This document shows, one piece after another, positions 1 through 14,193 of a stretch of 64,000 nucleotides of DNA. The DNA comes from Octopus vulgaris. Lineage: Eukaryota. Below the pieces are notes generated by a model. The model did not search any database and was not told where the DNA came from. It saw only the letters and a list, made by a program, of their open reading frames with translations. The stretch covers positions 40,424,001 through 40,488,000 of the forward strand of contig OX597818.1 of NCBI GenBank assembly GCA_951406725.2, given 5' to 3'. Positions within the stretch are counted from its first letter, which is position 1, and every line of letters starts with the position of its first letter. A program made the translations under genes and the position numbers.

Positions 1-293
1 TGCATAGTGAAACTAATTGAAACTGAAACCATATAATATTGAAACTATTATATCACATTACAATAGAGGTGTTATTGTTTCACTTTTGACACGTAATGCC
101 GAAACAATGTAAAAGGTAAGAGCTTATTCGGGGTCGCATTAGGAAAGAAGTTGAAAATGGTTTTGGCCCATGTCACTCTATGGACCCTAAGTTAGGCATG
201 TGTAAAATTTAAAATCGGTTGGGTAGTTCTCGAGTTTTTGTGATGCACACATACAAACACACAGACACAAATCCTCAGTTTTATATATATAGA
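1..293 (-). mobile_element. Helitron-like non-autonomous element, 5' end (runs off the window start)
   Basis: Minus strand reads A|TCTATATATATAAAACTGAGGATTTGTGTCTGTGTGTTTGTATG...AACCGATTTT: TC 5' terminus after an A, then a TGTY-type microsatellite and an AACCGATT motif, as in non-autonomous animal Helitrons. Confidence 0.55.
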
Positions 294-937
294 TAATATA
301 TATGTTAGGTATTAGATTATAATGATAATCTGCCAGCCTCTGATCTATCTCAGTAGCAACTGGAATTCAATTCTCTAATGAGCCTAGCTTGTTTCACATT
401 GCATCTCTCGATAAAGCCACAAAGTCCTATTTTCTCATTTCCTTCACAATAATAAATCGGTGCGCTGATAGAAATTCAGTGTGTTTTAATAGTGTGTGTA
501 TGTTCCCAGCTATTTGCCCCATTAATTCCTATCGAGTAATATTGTTATTATTTTTGCAATTAGTGTTAACTAGTTAAAGAAAAATAATCTAGCGTTAACT
601 AGTGTTTCATTTAGGCATATACTCATGTTAAACTTAAGGTCTTATTGTTTTTATATTGGGGAAATATAGTTCATTGTTAAAATAGCGCCAAACTATTTGA
701 GACATTAAATGGTGTTAGGTATGATTTGACTTGAACTAATTGTATTAGTAAACTGTGCTTACAAGAGAAAAGTATTGATTTCTCACACTGTCACAAGGTT
801 ACACATTCTGGAAAAGGTACACTTGTTTATAATTTTATTTTAATAACTGCAGAAGTTGACCACAGGGTGGTTTGAACTCAGAATGTGCAGTCGTAACTCA
901 ATATTATAGAAAAATTAAAGGTATCTATATATAGGTT

Positions 938-1085
<148 letters not shown>

Positions 1086-1689
1086 GCGTATCTCACTAAA
1101 TATCGTAGCGTATCTCACTAAATTGTTTTCGTTCTTTCTTTGTTTTCCTTGTTTTAGACGGATGAACGCTGAAATTGACCTCGTCGGAATTTGAACATAG
1201 AAAACTCAAGTTCGGGATCGATAATACTAAAAACCTGTCAAGTGCTAGAATATATTTTATCGGCTAATGTTTCCTCGGCTCTCAACCCAACCCCACAAAA
1301 TATGTGACCTGTTGCTAAGTTTGATAGAACACCATACATTTTGTGGGAACCTATAATTAATAATGAAACAAGTTGTTCATTTCGGCTAAATTTGAGATAA
1401 CAATTTGGAGAAACGAAACTAAATATCTTAAATAAATTATTCTAGCACCGTTCTCTGTCGGTAATTACTAATGTCCTTCCAGAAATAGTTATGATGCTGG
1501 TTTTCTTTATTTCATTGCGAGGGTTATAATTTTACTCTCTCTGAGGGTAATAACGGTGTCTGTGAAATGAAATATCGTTAACTCGGAATTTAAACTGAGA
1601 TTACAGTTTCAGTACGACTGGAAATTAAATCTTATTATTTTTCGTGCTAAACACTAAATGAAATATATTTGACAATATGCGAATAAAGA

Positions 1690-1898
1690 AACCTCTTCAA
1701 GTCTCCGACCTTGAAAACTTAGCGGCTAAATTTCTCTTAGATTACACCTCAACTAGTTTAATTTTTTTTAAAAGAAGGACACGTTCTATAATGTTGTCTT
1801 AGATACTCTGGGTCTGAATAAAAGATGAGATAGTGGAGGCTGAAATTCTTTGATCAAACCTTTACTTGCCATGTTTAGCCTTAAGCTAAACAACCACA
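1690..1898 (+). mobile_element. old dispersed repeat (family H) with (CAA)n-like tail
   Basis: Shares blocks gacct..gaaa..agc..aaat.tc.ct, aaggacac..ataatgt.gtct and gat...ggctgaaat.c.tt.gatca with 2085-2360, 18760-18920, 40660-40860 and, on the minus strand, 58315-58530. Confidence 0.5.
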
Positions 1899-2084
1899 GC
1901 ATCAAATATTTCGCAGATCCAACAAAAAATAAAACAAGACTCTTAGACAATAGTTACATTGTTCCATTATATCCATTTTCTAGATAGTTCCCAAGCCAAG
2001 TTCTTTGGGGATTGGTCATTGTCAATTGAATTAATCCCAGTATGTAACTGTCATTGATACAAGGCAATGCTGGAGTTTCTATCT

Positions 2085-2360
2085 GATCGTAGACCTACTT
2101 GAAACAACAGTAAAATCTCCCTCAACTCACACCGTCTCGTCTTCATAAAGTAAAGACACACCGGATAATGTAGACTGGATAAAAATATGCACTCATATGT
2201 GATACACAGGGCAGACAAAGGTTAAAAAAAGGACCCATTGAATGGTGCAGTCATGGGTAAGCAAAGCCTGAGTGAAGATGTGATGGTCATGGTTGAAATG
2301 TATTTAATCATTGATTGGCCTGATCTATCAGAATTAACTTGGGTCAAATAACAACAATAA
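2085..2360 (+). mobile_element. old dispersed repeat (family H)
   Basis: similar to 1690-1898 and 40660-40860; ends in aacaacaa. Confidence 0.5.
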
Positions 2361-3269
2361 TACCGCGGTGTTACTTAGTAGTTTACAGAAATAAATATGG
2401 CAAATTCCTACGAACTAGCTGCTTCTATGTTCTGCTTCAGCGTATTAACATCAGAAGACGTATATCAAATATAAGATAATTCTATATAAATCACCAGGAA
2501 AAAAATGGAAGACAAACACACAAGCGAACAAAAATCAAATAAACAATAACAACAAATGAAGCAAAAACGAAGCAGAAAAATCATGTGACAAATATTTATA
2601 TAACATTGTGACCCCAGTTTGATAAAGTATATCTTTATATTCAACGATATGTTCGTGATGTGGAGAATATATTTACTGCAGTTCTCTGATAGTTTTCTAT
2701 ATATAAAATATTCAGGTATATTCTGATATATATATTCTTCGTGTAACATAAAACACAATCTCGTAGTTAATAATAAATTCTCAAGGAACTCGTATTTTTA
2801 TTTATTTTATTTCATTTTATCTTGGTCATGTTACTGAAGACTTATAAAGCAGGGCTTGTCTCTGGCTGCTCTAAACTTAGGTCTATCCAAAACGTTGCCG
2901 AGAAAAATTGACGATACTAGCCAGATGTGAGCGAAACGGTCATTTATAAAAGTATATATTTGGAGAGATGGACAATTTATTGATGGTAAAATATTTATAT
3001 ACTCGCTAACCTTCGGTCAAACGGCCAGGAACAAGATGATATATAGCAATATCTATCGATTACGGATATTTATTGCAAAGCATTTGTTTTTCCACATGAA
3101 CCCGAAAACGACCGGATAACAGTAGCAACAACAACAAAAACAAAGGCAGCGATAATAACAACAATAAACATCAACTTAATAGACGCGATTTTCGCACAAG
3201 TTCTAAGATGCAAGGTAGATGCGGTCAGAGGCTAGGTACGTCAGCTGAAAGTGCTTGTGTATGCTATGG

Positions 3270-3830
<561 letters not shown>

Positions 3831-5123
3831 GAAACAGGAATTTATCTAGAGCAAACAGTTGTAAAATCAGGCTTCTTATTGAAATATTAAATTAGCAACA
3901 GTAACATTTGTAGTTTATGCGTTGCAGCTGAATACCCTGTAAAACTTTCACTAGTCTCTTCCTTATTATTGAAGATTATCTTCTAGGTCAGGAGACCTAA
4001 CATATCTGATTAATGACATTATACTGGCTCAGGTTGGCTTTGACATTCGGTGACATTTAGACCCCTAAATTCTCGGCTCTGTTATAAGCTGGCGCTGTTC
4101 TACTGAGAAAGCAATGGCGGTGGTGTTTATTATATTTTGGCAGGCTTCTTGCTTCAGAATATTATTTTATTTTCCAGGATAATGGACGATGCTGGAAACG
4201 GCAAAAGAAATATCTGGCTGGTTTACTGTATCTTGTTTGTTGTATCATTACCCTAGATTCATTCCTCGGTTTCGTCAATTTTATTATTAACATCAACTCG
4301 GTAATAAAATATATGAAAAGGATTATTCAGTTATCACTATATCTTTCACAACAGTACTAACTAAACATTGTATCTGACCACCTCAAACAACCTAAACTAA
4401 ATTCATAAAAAATACCATTTTAATGTAGTCCTTTGCCATTTCAACATTGTTAGGTTTCTCCTCGTTCAATATCAGCATCACAAGCAAGTACCGCAAATGG
4501 AAAGTTACATTTTATTTTATACGATATTGTAGCGTATATTCATACTTTGATGCAAGAAATCACGTTTAAGTATATCCTTAGTGCGTTCTATAAAATTAGG
4601 AACGATTAACTGCCTATTTCCTTTCCTTTGCGCCGCATAATCTAAAAGAGAAACTTATGCACACCCGTATACGACGATACACATACCCAAACACATGTAC
4701 ACACATTTACATGCAAGTAAAAATCCCTACAATACCCAGGGAAACTACTGGTGGTCTTTGTCGGTAAAAAAATTATATGCATAAGTAAAGTTTAAAGTTA
4801 TGTAAATTTGTGTAGCGGTGAGAGAAGAGTTTCCAATATTTTGGATATAGTTCTTCTGGAAGTGAGATATATTTTTCATTGCTTTCTCTTTTTGCTCATT
4901 CTAATGTTGGAAAATGGTTAAAAGTTAGCGACTGAAAATACGAAGATAGGAAGCAGCTGGAGTGTAAAAGGGGGAGGATTTCGAGAAAGAAAGGGAGAGA
5001 GAGAAAATGAGAAGAAAGGGGTGGGTTAGAATGCGAAAGAATGGGTGAATTACTTGTCAAAGTAAAGTAGAGAAGAAAGGGTTTATTGTCCAAATAATCG
5101 ACCATTAGACGTCTTGTAGTGAA

Positions 5124-5458
5124 GGCGCGTGGGTCAGTGGTTAGAGCGTCGAGCTTACGATCGTGAGGTTGTGAGCTCGAATCCCGGACCGGGCTGCGTG
5201 TTGTGTTCTTGAGCAAGACACTTTATTTCACGTTGCTCCAGTTAACTCAGCTGTAGAAATGAGTTGCGACGTCAGCGGTGCCAAGCTGTATCGGCCCCTT
5301 TGCCTTTCCTTTGGATAATACTGCTGGCGTGGAGAGGGGAGGCCGGTATGCATGGGCGACTGCTGGTCCTCCATAAACAACGTTGCCCGGACTTGTGCCT
5401 GGGAGGGTAACTTTCTAGGTGCAATCCCATGGTCAGTGTCATGACCGAAGGGGGGCTC
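5124..5458 (+). mobile_element. tRNA-derived SINE, family C (CORE-like body)
   Basis: A box TGGGTCAGTGG, B box GCTCGAATCC, body ttgagcaagacactttatttcacgttgctcc; a minus-strand fragment recurs at 47330-47503. Confidence 0.85.
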
Positions 5459-5712
5459 AGACGTGTTGAAGATAACTACCAATATTCATATATATACATA
5501 TAGAAACACACACACCTGCATACATGAATACCTACATATATACAGATAATCGAAACAAGCCTATTGGCTAAAACAATTATGCGGGATCCTACATACGGAT
5601 AATATATAGACAGGTACACACACATATGAGACCACGTATACATCGAATATTAGAAACTAAGCTACTAGCTCGCGTGTTCTCACCACGTATAGGAGTACAC
5701 CATAATGTGGTA

Positions 5713-5756
<44 letters not shown>

Positions 5757-6020
5757 GATACCCAAACAAATGTACTGTGTTACCTGCACACACTGACACA
5801 TCAATTCGTACATAACCTAAACAGATCTACATGCACATATACATTCCCGTCTATAAACACGTATTATATCTACGCATTTTGGTAAAAGCAACTTGTACCT
5901 ATACATGTATATGGCTACAACGTACAGACAATAATAAACATACAATCAAATATCGGAAATGTATTATGAAATCGCGGTATGTATACACACACAAACAATC
6001 TGGTGGAATGGTATGATATG

Positions 6021-6257
6021 AAGGCGGCGAGCTGGCAGAGTCGTTAGCACACCGGGCGAAATGCGTAGCCATATTTCGTCTGCCGCTACGTTCTGAGTTC
6101 AAATTCCGCCGAGGTCGACTTTACCTTTCATCCTTTCGGGGTCAATTAAATAAGTACCAGTTACGCACTGGGGTCGATATAATCGACTTAATCCGTTTGT
6201 CTGTCCTTGTTTGTCCTCTCTGTGTTTAGCCCCTTGTGGGTAGTAAAGAAATAGGTA
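6021..6257 (+). mobile_element. SINE family A
   Basis: ggcggcgagctggcaga...gttcaaattcc (B box)...cctttcatcctttcggggtc...gggtagtaaagaaatagg; more than 8 copies in the window. Confidence 0.9.
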
Positions 6258-6965
6258 TGATATTATGAAGAGAAGGAGAAACATTACTTTAAGTCAAAAG
6301 AAGATATTACATAACTGGAAATAACACATTGTTCTTTGCGCTTCTGGAGTGTGGAGACAAGTAATCTGTGAAAATACCAAATACCGAGAGCTTGTTAATA
6401 GAGTGACCAGTAACACTGAAATAGTGTGCAAAGTTCTGGTGCAAAATATGTTCCGAATCACTTCGAAACGTTCACATAAGCTACAGTGTGTTTCGCCAAC
6501 TCATAGGGCACCACTGACTATTCGTGTGCAGAGTGCACGCAGCGGACTATTCGTGCGAGTGCGAATTCGTGAGTGTGTGTGCGCGCATAGATATAAATAC
6601 GGATATTGTTAATAACAAGCTCTATAATCCCAGCAAAAGGCTGCCTAATTTAGACCGACTCGTCATCCACCATCCCTCTTCTGAATGACTAGTGTAATCC
6701 CTCCTACTTCTCTTGTTCATATTTTTTCGCCATTTGAAATTTAAGATACCACTGTCTCAAATTCTCTTTCTTTCTTTCTCTAACATCTTCTCTCTCTCAT
6801 ATGTGCAATCGCTAGTTCTTTACCATTCTAAGCAATCCTCAATTTTTTTACGATTTCGTAAAGTAAAGGAAAAATAAACAAAGTCTTCTGACTTCCGGAA
6901 GACGTAGTACCTACTCAGCGTTAGAAGCCCTCCATACAACAAAATACGTAGTTAGAAATCTTTAA

Positions 6966-7041
6966 CTGTTTAGCATTCAGATTGCATTCACATTATTTTG
7001 AATTAATCATGTATTATATAGCCAGTGCAAATGCTAAAGGT
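6966..7041. mobile_element. tiny piggyBac-type MITE
   Basis: TTAA|CTGTTTAGCATT ... AATGCTAAAGGT|TTAA: imperfect TIRs between TTAA duplications. Confidence 0.55.
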
Positions 7042-7074
7042 TTAAACTCGTATGGTATATGTGTGTGTGTGTGT

Positions 7075-7115
<41 letters not shown>

Positions 7116-8417
7116 TGTTTGTTCTTATACTTGAGAGGTCACAGATCAAAAAGTAAGCCGTTGGCAAGAGAACACTGTTTTGTAGTTTCAATTCCAAGTC
7201 AAAACTATTTCAGTTCAATTAAGTTATACAATGATACCTTTTTGAAAAGCCATGAATATTACAACAGCCAATTTACTTCTACGTAAAATATCGGGGTAGC
7301 CGAGACAAAAAAAAAAAAGCAATATATGTCCCCTACATCAAAATCCAGTCTTATATTGCAAGCAGTTCTTCATTAAACATCTTTAAACATCGATTAATTT
7401 TCATCTTGTTTGTAGAATAATGTCTCAAACAGTTTTCTTTTCTTCTTAAATAACGATGTCTTCTTTTTGATTTGTGTTGCTTTTGCAACTGATGTGTGAT
7501 TATGTCTGTTTTATTTTTTAATAGCTTGACACCATTAAAAAACAACAACTTTTATCCTCATAACTAATCATTACTAATTGTTTCTTAATGTTACCATATT
7601 TATAACTGTTGTTTTTTTTTCTGTCATGTTTATTTTCTTGAAGACATTCTTTCTCTCCGTCTCTTACTCATGTCGTTTAAACATCGCCATCAATGTTACC
7701 ATCGTCTTTTGTAACATTTTAATCAATAAAATAATTTTCATTTTATTCATACTGTTTACTTCATATTTTTCTCCTTCCACTTTTAGCTTTGTTCATTTTA
7801 TAAATAATCTTGTTAGTAAATTCATTTTTTTTTCTTCCATTTTCATTTTATTTCCAATTTTCTGTGTCACTCTACTTTTCTTCCTTTCTTTCATTTAGAG
7901 AAAATCCCGAGCCATGTTTGCTGAAGTGTATTCAAGCGAACATGGTTTTAACATGATAATATTGAATACTCATAGAATACAAGCAAAAACATTTTAAAAC
8001 CACATGCATACATTCACATACACAAAGAAACAAACCAAAACAAAGATTACTGTTATATCCTGACCTGATGCAATGTCATTACATGAAAATTGTTTTATAT
8101 TTTGCTAAACTAATTAAGCAGCTAAACAGTATTAATCTCTGATATCTTTAACACCAATTGCTCTAACGACCAGGCAATAGCTAATAGCTACAACAATGTA
8201 GTCTGGATAAGAGTTTTATGGCAGAATGTTTTCGTCTGCCAGTAAACCAGTGAGGTATATAGAAAGCAATAGACAGCTATTAAAGAAAGGGATTTTGACA
8301 ATGGAAGGGAATAAGAATATAAACGATATATTATTGTAGCTGGTCAATAAACTGTAGGTATCTTCACAGAACAGTAAGGGCCCCGTACACCGTTAGCAGT
8401 TTTGGAAATGAGCCAAC

Positions 8418-8630
8418 CTCTTTTACTCTTTTACTTGTTTCAGTCATTTGACTGCGGCCATGCTGGAGCACCGCCTTTAATCGAGCAACTCGACCCCAGG
8501 ACTTTTTCTTTGTAAGCCCAGTACTTATTCTATCGGTCTCTTTTGCCGAACCGCTAAGTGACGGGGACATAAACACACCACCATCGGTTGTCAAGCAATG
8601 CTATGGGGACAAACACAGACACACAAACAC

Positions 8631-8723
<93 letters not shown>

Positions 8724-8878
8724 CATATATACGACGGGCTTCTTTCAATTTCCGTCTACCAAATCCATTCAAAAGGCTTTGGTTGGCCCGAGGCTATATA
8801 AGGTGCAACGCAGTAGGACTGAACCCGGAACTATGTGGTTGGTAAACAAGCTACTTACCACACAGCCACTCCAGCGCC
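8418..8878 (-). mobile_element. SINE family B with internal (TA)n(TG)n
   Basis: head ggcgc.ggagtggctgtgtggtaag...gggttcagtcc, tail gtcaaatgactgaaacaagtaaaagag; about 15 copies in the window. Confidence 0.9.
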
Positions 8879-9451
8879 ATAGATTATGTTGATAACTATT
8901 CTAGTTCGTTCATCAGTTGAAGTACGTGTCCTTTGAAATATTATGTTAGTAAATGAGTATTTCATTGACACATCTAACCTTAATGCTGAGGCATAATCAG
9001 CGTAGCAATGTTTGATAAGAATGATCCTTTTAAATACAGCCCACCTGATAGGATTCTGCACAGCTTCTTTCTACCAAATTTCACTCTCCAAATTCTTGTC
9101 GACTGGAAGATTACAGAGGCCACTTACTAAACATGTCATACCGTAAGATCGAACTTGTAATTGTTTAACTATTCCACTATACCTGGTCTTAAACAAATAC
9201 CAAAAAATATAGACAACCTAGTTGTGAATATATAGCACACGCATATGTGTTTTCTGAAATCGGTAATAAGAATGGAAACTACACGAAGGATGTATGTTAT
9301 GTTAGTTGGCAGAACCGCCTCCTGTCGCTTTTGAAACGGTTTTGCAAAGGCATGCACTCTGCCAAGTTTGATGTTTGATCTAGATTGATGTTTGTCATTA
9401 TAAAATGTTTATTATATCATGTTTCGTGCAACAAATACTATTTCCTCGATC

Positions 9452-9465
9452 ACATACATACATAC

Positions 9466-9537
<72 letters not shown>

Positions 9538-9666
9538 GTATATATGTATATATATGTATATATATATATATATGTATATATATATGTATATATGTATATA
9601 TGTATATGTATATATGTATAAGTATATATATACGTATATATATATATGTATATATATTTATGTATA

Positions 9667-9715
<49 letters not shown>

Positions 9716-10182
9716 GTATATATGTATATATATGTATATATATATGTATATATGTATATGTATATGTATATATATATGTATATATATATGTATATATATA
9801 TGTATATATATGTGCATATATATATATATATATGTATATGTATATATATGTATATATATGTATATATATATGTATATATATGTATATATATGTATATGTA
9901 TGTATATATATGTAGATATATGTATATATATGTATATGTATATATATGTATGTATATATATATATATGTATGTATATATATGTATATATATGTATGTATA
10001 TATATGTATATAATTTATATATATATATTATATATTATTTAATATTTATATTAAAAGAATCAACATGTATATATATATATATGAAATAAAATATCCAGTA
10101 TATATATTTTCCAGAACTGAGCCATCATCATGTGATGATGTGCAGTTTTCTGTATATGCATATATATATTTGTATATAGATG

Positions 10183-10232
<50 letters not shown>

Positions 10233-10239
10233 ATGACTA

Positions 10240-10298
<59 letters not shown>

Positions 10299-10300
10299 AT
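9452..10300. repeat. long (CA)n/(TA)n/(TATG)n low-complexity tract
   Basis: direct reading; small hairpin insert at ~10111-10150. Confidence 0.95.
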
Positions 10301-10510
10301 TACCATACATTGTCATATGATAGCCGCCTCGCGTTCAAGAATGCGACATTTGACATCTGTACGTCATAGGATTTACGTGATAAAAAGCTTGTATAACACT
10401 GTTGCCACCGTCTGTCGTCATAGTAGGTTCCAGTGACAAGCATTTTAAGATAACTGATACTATTTTAACTGCAAATTTAGGTATTGTGTGCGTGTGTGTG
10501 TGTGTGTGTG

Positions 10511-10730
10511 TCATTTCAAGATTTCTTGCCAATAGAGAGAGCCGATTTCTAACCTAGATTCAAGGCTCCTTCACTGGAATTTCAACAACTGAATGTATAT
10601 ATGTATGCATGTATGTACCTGTGCAGATTTGTGTGCTTTGTTTTATGCATGTATTTTTATACATATAGTCGAATATCTAGACATGCCCATATATATTTAA
10701 ATGATAAACTTCTGGAAAGTTTTACGTATG
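10511..10730 (-). mobile_element. 3' end of R4/Dong-like RLE LINE
   Basis: homologous to 60820-61040 (caagatttcttgccaatagaga...ctaacctagat...gataaacttctggaaagttttac). Confidence 0.8.
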
Positions 10731-10837
10731 TAAAGTTTTATGTATGTATTTATGTATGTATGACTTGGACACAAAAAATTTTTAGTTGCAGAAAAGTTAT
10801 AAAAGAAATCTTCTAGTTTAAGTTGTAAAAATTTATA

Positions 10838-11018
10838 GGCGCAGGCGTAGCTGCATGGTAAGAAGCTTGCTTCCCAATGGCATGGTTCCGGGTTCAGTCC
10901 CACTGCTTGGTACCTTGGGCAAGTGTCTTCTACTATAGCCTCGGGCCGGCCAAAACCTCGTGGGTGGATTTGGTAGACGGAAACTGAAAGAAACCCGTCG
11001 TATATATATATACAGAGA

Positions 11019-11067
<49 letters not shown>

Positions 11068-11420
11068 TGTGTGGTAAGAAGCTAGCTTCCCAATCACATG
11101 GCTCTGGGTTCAGCCCCACTACTTGGCACCTTGGACAAGTGTCTTCTACTATAGTCTCGGGCCGACCAAAACTTCGTGGGTGGATTTGGTAGACGGAAAC
11201 TGAAAGAAGCCTGTCGTATATATATATATATATGTATATATCTATGTGTGTGTGTATTTGTGTGGTGTGTATCCTAGCGGTTCAGCAATAGACTGATATA
11301 ATAAGCATTAGGCTTGAAAGATATGCCCTGGGTCGATTTGTTAGATTAAAAGACATTGAAGCGGTTCTCCAGCATGGGCGCAGTCAAATGACTGAAACAA
11401 ATAAAAGAATCAAAGAATAC
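10838..11420 (+). mobile_element. SINE family B: truncated copy, then (GA)n, then full copy
   Basis: two heads, at 10838 and ~11061. Confidence 0.85.
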
Positions 11421-11482
11421 TGTAAGGAAAAGTAAAATTGTAGGCGCAGATGTTTAAAGATGGAAAACTTTTCGAGATATAT

Positions 11483-11714
11483 ATTTCTTTAGTGCCCACA
11501 AGGGGCTAAACATAGAGGGGAGAAAAGAGGACAGAGGAACGGATTGAGTCGATTACATCGACCCAGTGCGAAACTGGTACTTATTTAATCGACCCCGAAA
11601 GGATGAAAGGCAAAGTCGACCACGGCGAAAATTGGAACTCAGAACGTAGCGGCAGACGAAATACTGCTAAGAATTTCGCCCGGCGCGCTAACGTTTCTGC
11701 CAGCTCGCCGCCTT
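11483..11714 (-). mobile_element. SINE family A
   Basis: reverse complement of 6021-6257. Confidence 0.9.
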
Positions 11715-11792
11715 CAACTTTTCGCGATATAATGAAGTCAAATACTCATCAAAACAATAAGTAAATGAATATAGAATGCGCGCGCCCGCACA

Positions 11793-11851
<59 letters not shown>

Positions 11852-12425
11852 TCTTTTTCTTAATGTTCTCGAGCCTTGAAAATTATCTCCCCTTCCCATT
11901 CGGTGCGAGAGATCGATTCCAAGAACCTACTCACGTTCTGTCGAAGTGAAGATAATTTTAATGATTCAAGAATTTTTCTTGGACAAATGTCTTCTATTTA
12001 TACGTTGTAAAAGACAATTTTCTGCATCTAAACTGTTTACGCTCCTCTTCTGTGCCCAAGTCATACATACATTCATAAAGAATTTTTCTTGTATGGCATT
12101 TAGTTTACCTTTACTACTTTTTGCAGCGCATGTCAGTTGCCACTCTGAGAGATTTCTCATTTGTATCTATGTCCATATACAATTATATTAAAGCTAGTTT
12201 TCATTTTTTGTCATCGCTTCATAACAAAGCAATTTAATATTAAACACAACGCCGGGTCAATACCTTTTGTGCAGTGCATATTTATTATACATTTATGAGA
12301 ATGGTGGTGCCGGTGACTTCGATGTTTCTGTTTGCTGACCGTGAAGGCTAGTAGACATTGCCGGCATGATTCTTGTAAATGTTTGATATGTGTACGTTTG
12401 TGTGTGTACACGCGCGCGTGTAAGT

Positions 12426-12475
<50 letters not shown>

Positions 12476-12477
<2 letters not shown>

Positions 12478-12939
12478 TAAACAACTTATAAATAAGGCAA
12501 CCGAAAAAATTCTAATGCCAAATATGCCGAAAATTGGACATAATTGTCCATAACCATATAATTTTTCACAATATGCACGCTACTCGAAAAAAAAGCCGAC
12601 AGAAATTTCTAAAAAAATTCCATTATTACCATATCTGACCAATTTCAGGGTTAGTTCTTACGAACTAACCCTGAAATCTTATGAACTAACCCTGAAATCG
12701 GTCCCATATGGTAATAATAGAACTTTTTAGAAATTTCTGTCGGCTTTTTTTCGAGTAGTGTGCATATTGTGAAAAATTATATGGTTATGGACAATTAGGT
12801 CCAATTTACGGCATATTTGGCATTAGAAATTTTTTCGTTTGCCCTTATTTATAAGTTGTTTATAATTTTAACCGTTAAAGGTATTTTTTAATATGCTGGC
12901 CATTGATAAAAATTTTTTCGTAAAAATTTTATCCTACAT

Positions 12940-12942
<3 letters not shown>
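12476..12942. mobile_element. Penelope-like palindromic insert (~185-bp inverted arms) in (TA)n
   Basis: 12476-12657 is the imperfect reverse complement of 12683-12864; 21-nt-period duplication at the centre; (TA)n on both sides. Confidence 0.7.
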
Positions 12943-12990
<48 letters not shown>

Positions 12991-12991
12991 T

Positions 12992-13198
12992 AAAAGCAGC
13001 AGAAATATAACAAAAGCTATTACTTAGAGTTTCATGTTCCCGTTCGTCGAAGAGTTTTGTCCCGACGAACGGGAACGTAAAACTCTGAGTAACAGCTTTT
13101 GTTGTATTTCTGCTGTTTTGAAATAAAGCATATTACTTTACCTCTGGTATTTGAGTACTCTTTTTTCCACCTTGTTTCACATTTATGTGCTTACTCCG
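12992..13198. mobile_element. Penelope-like palindromic insert with hammerhead-like motif
   Basis: 12992-13049 inverted against 13063-13119; arm consensus YCGACGA-ACG ggaa CGT-GAA-ACTCtGAGT-A. Confidence 0.65.
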
Positions 13199-13522
13199 GT
13201 AACCAGGAGTTAACTCGTAGACGATTTTAGATTCGGCGATGATGATGTTAACAATTACGAAAGCAGTTCCATGATCCCATGCTGGCTACTGCAAAGAGCG
13301 GCAACAAAGAGTCACTGTCGGTATTTCAGTCAAACGGCATTACGCTGAGAAAGTCATAAGATGTTACTGGATTTAGAAATGATATTGTCTCAAACTAATC
13401 AATAAAGACTAAGAAGAAAGGGAAAACGAAACGTCATTAAAAAGATGGTCTCCAGCTATACCATGTCATGAACGCGCCAAGACACACACATGCATACATA
13501 CATGCACAGACACACACGTGCA

Positions 13523-13619
<97 letters not shown>

Positions 13620-13950
13620 ATGTGTGTGCACGTGTGTGTGTGTGCATGTATGTATGCATGTGTGTGTCTTGGCGCGTTAATGACATGGTATAGCTGGAGA
13701 CCATCTTTTTAATGACGTTTCGTTTTCCCTTTCTTCTTAGTCTTTATTGATTAGTTTGAGACAATATCATTTCTAAATCCAGTAACATCTTATGACTTTC
13801 TCAGCGTAATGCCGTTTGACTGAAATACCGACAGTGACTCTTTGTTGCCGCTCTTTGCAGTAGCCAGCATGGGATCATGGAACTGCTTTCGTAATTGTTA
13901 AAATCATCATCGCCGAATCTAAAATCGTCTACGAGTTAACTCCTGGTTAC
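13199..13950. repeat. near-perfect ~750-bp palindrome centred on (CA)n(TA)n(TG)n
   Basis: arms are reverse complements with about 3 mismatches outside the microsatellite. Confidence 0.95.
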
Positions 13951-14035
13951 TTTTATAGTATATTTCATACATCAGTCAGTTAATTTTTGATTTGCATTTG
14001 TTATTATTATAACATGTTCGGAAGGAATGCTCTCG

Positions 14036-14193
<158 letters not shown>

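Noticed and set aside
4165-4230. Possible exon after ttttattttccag
   Set aside because: No convincing donor and no recognisable peptide
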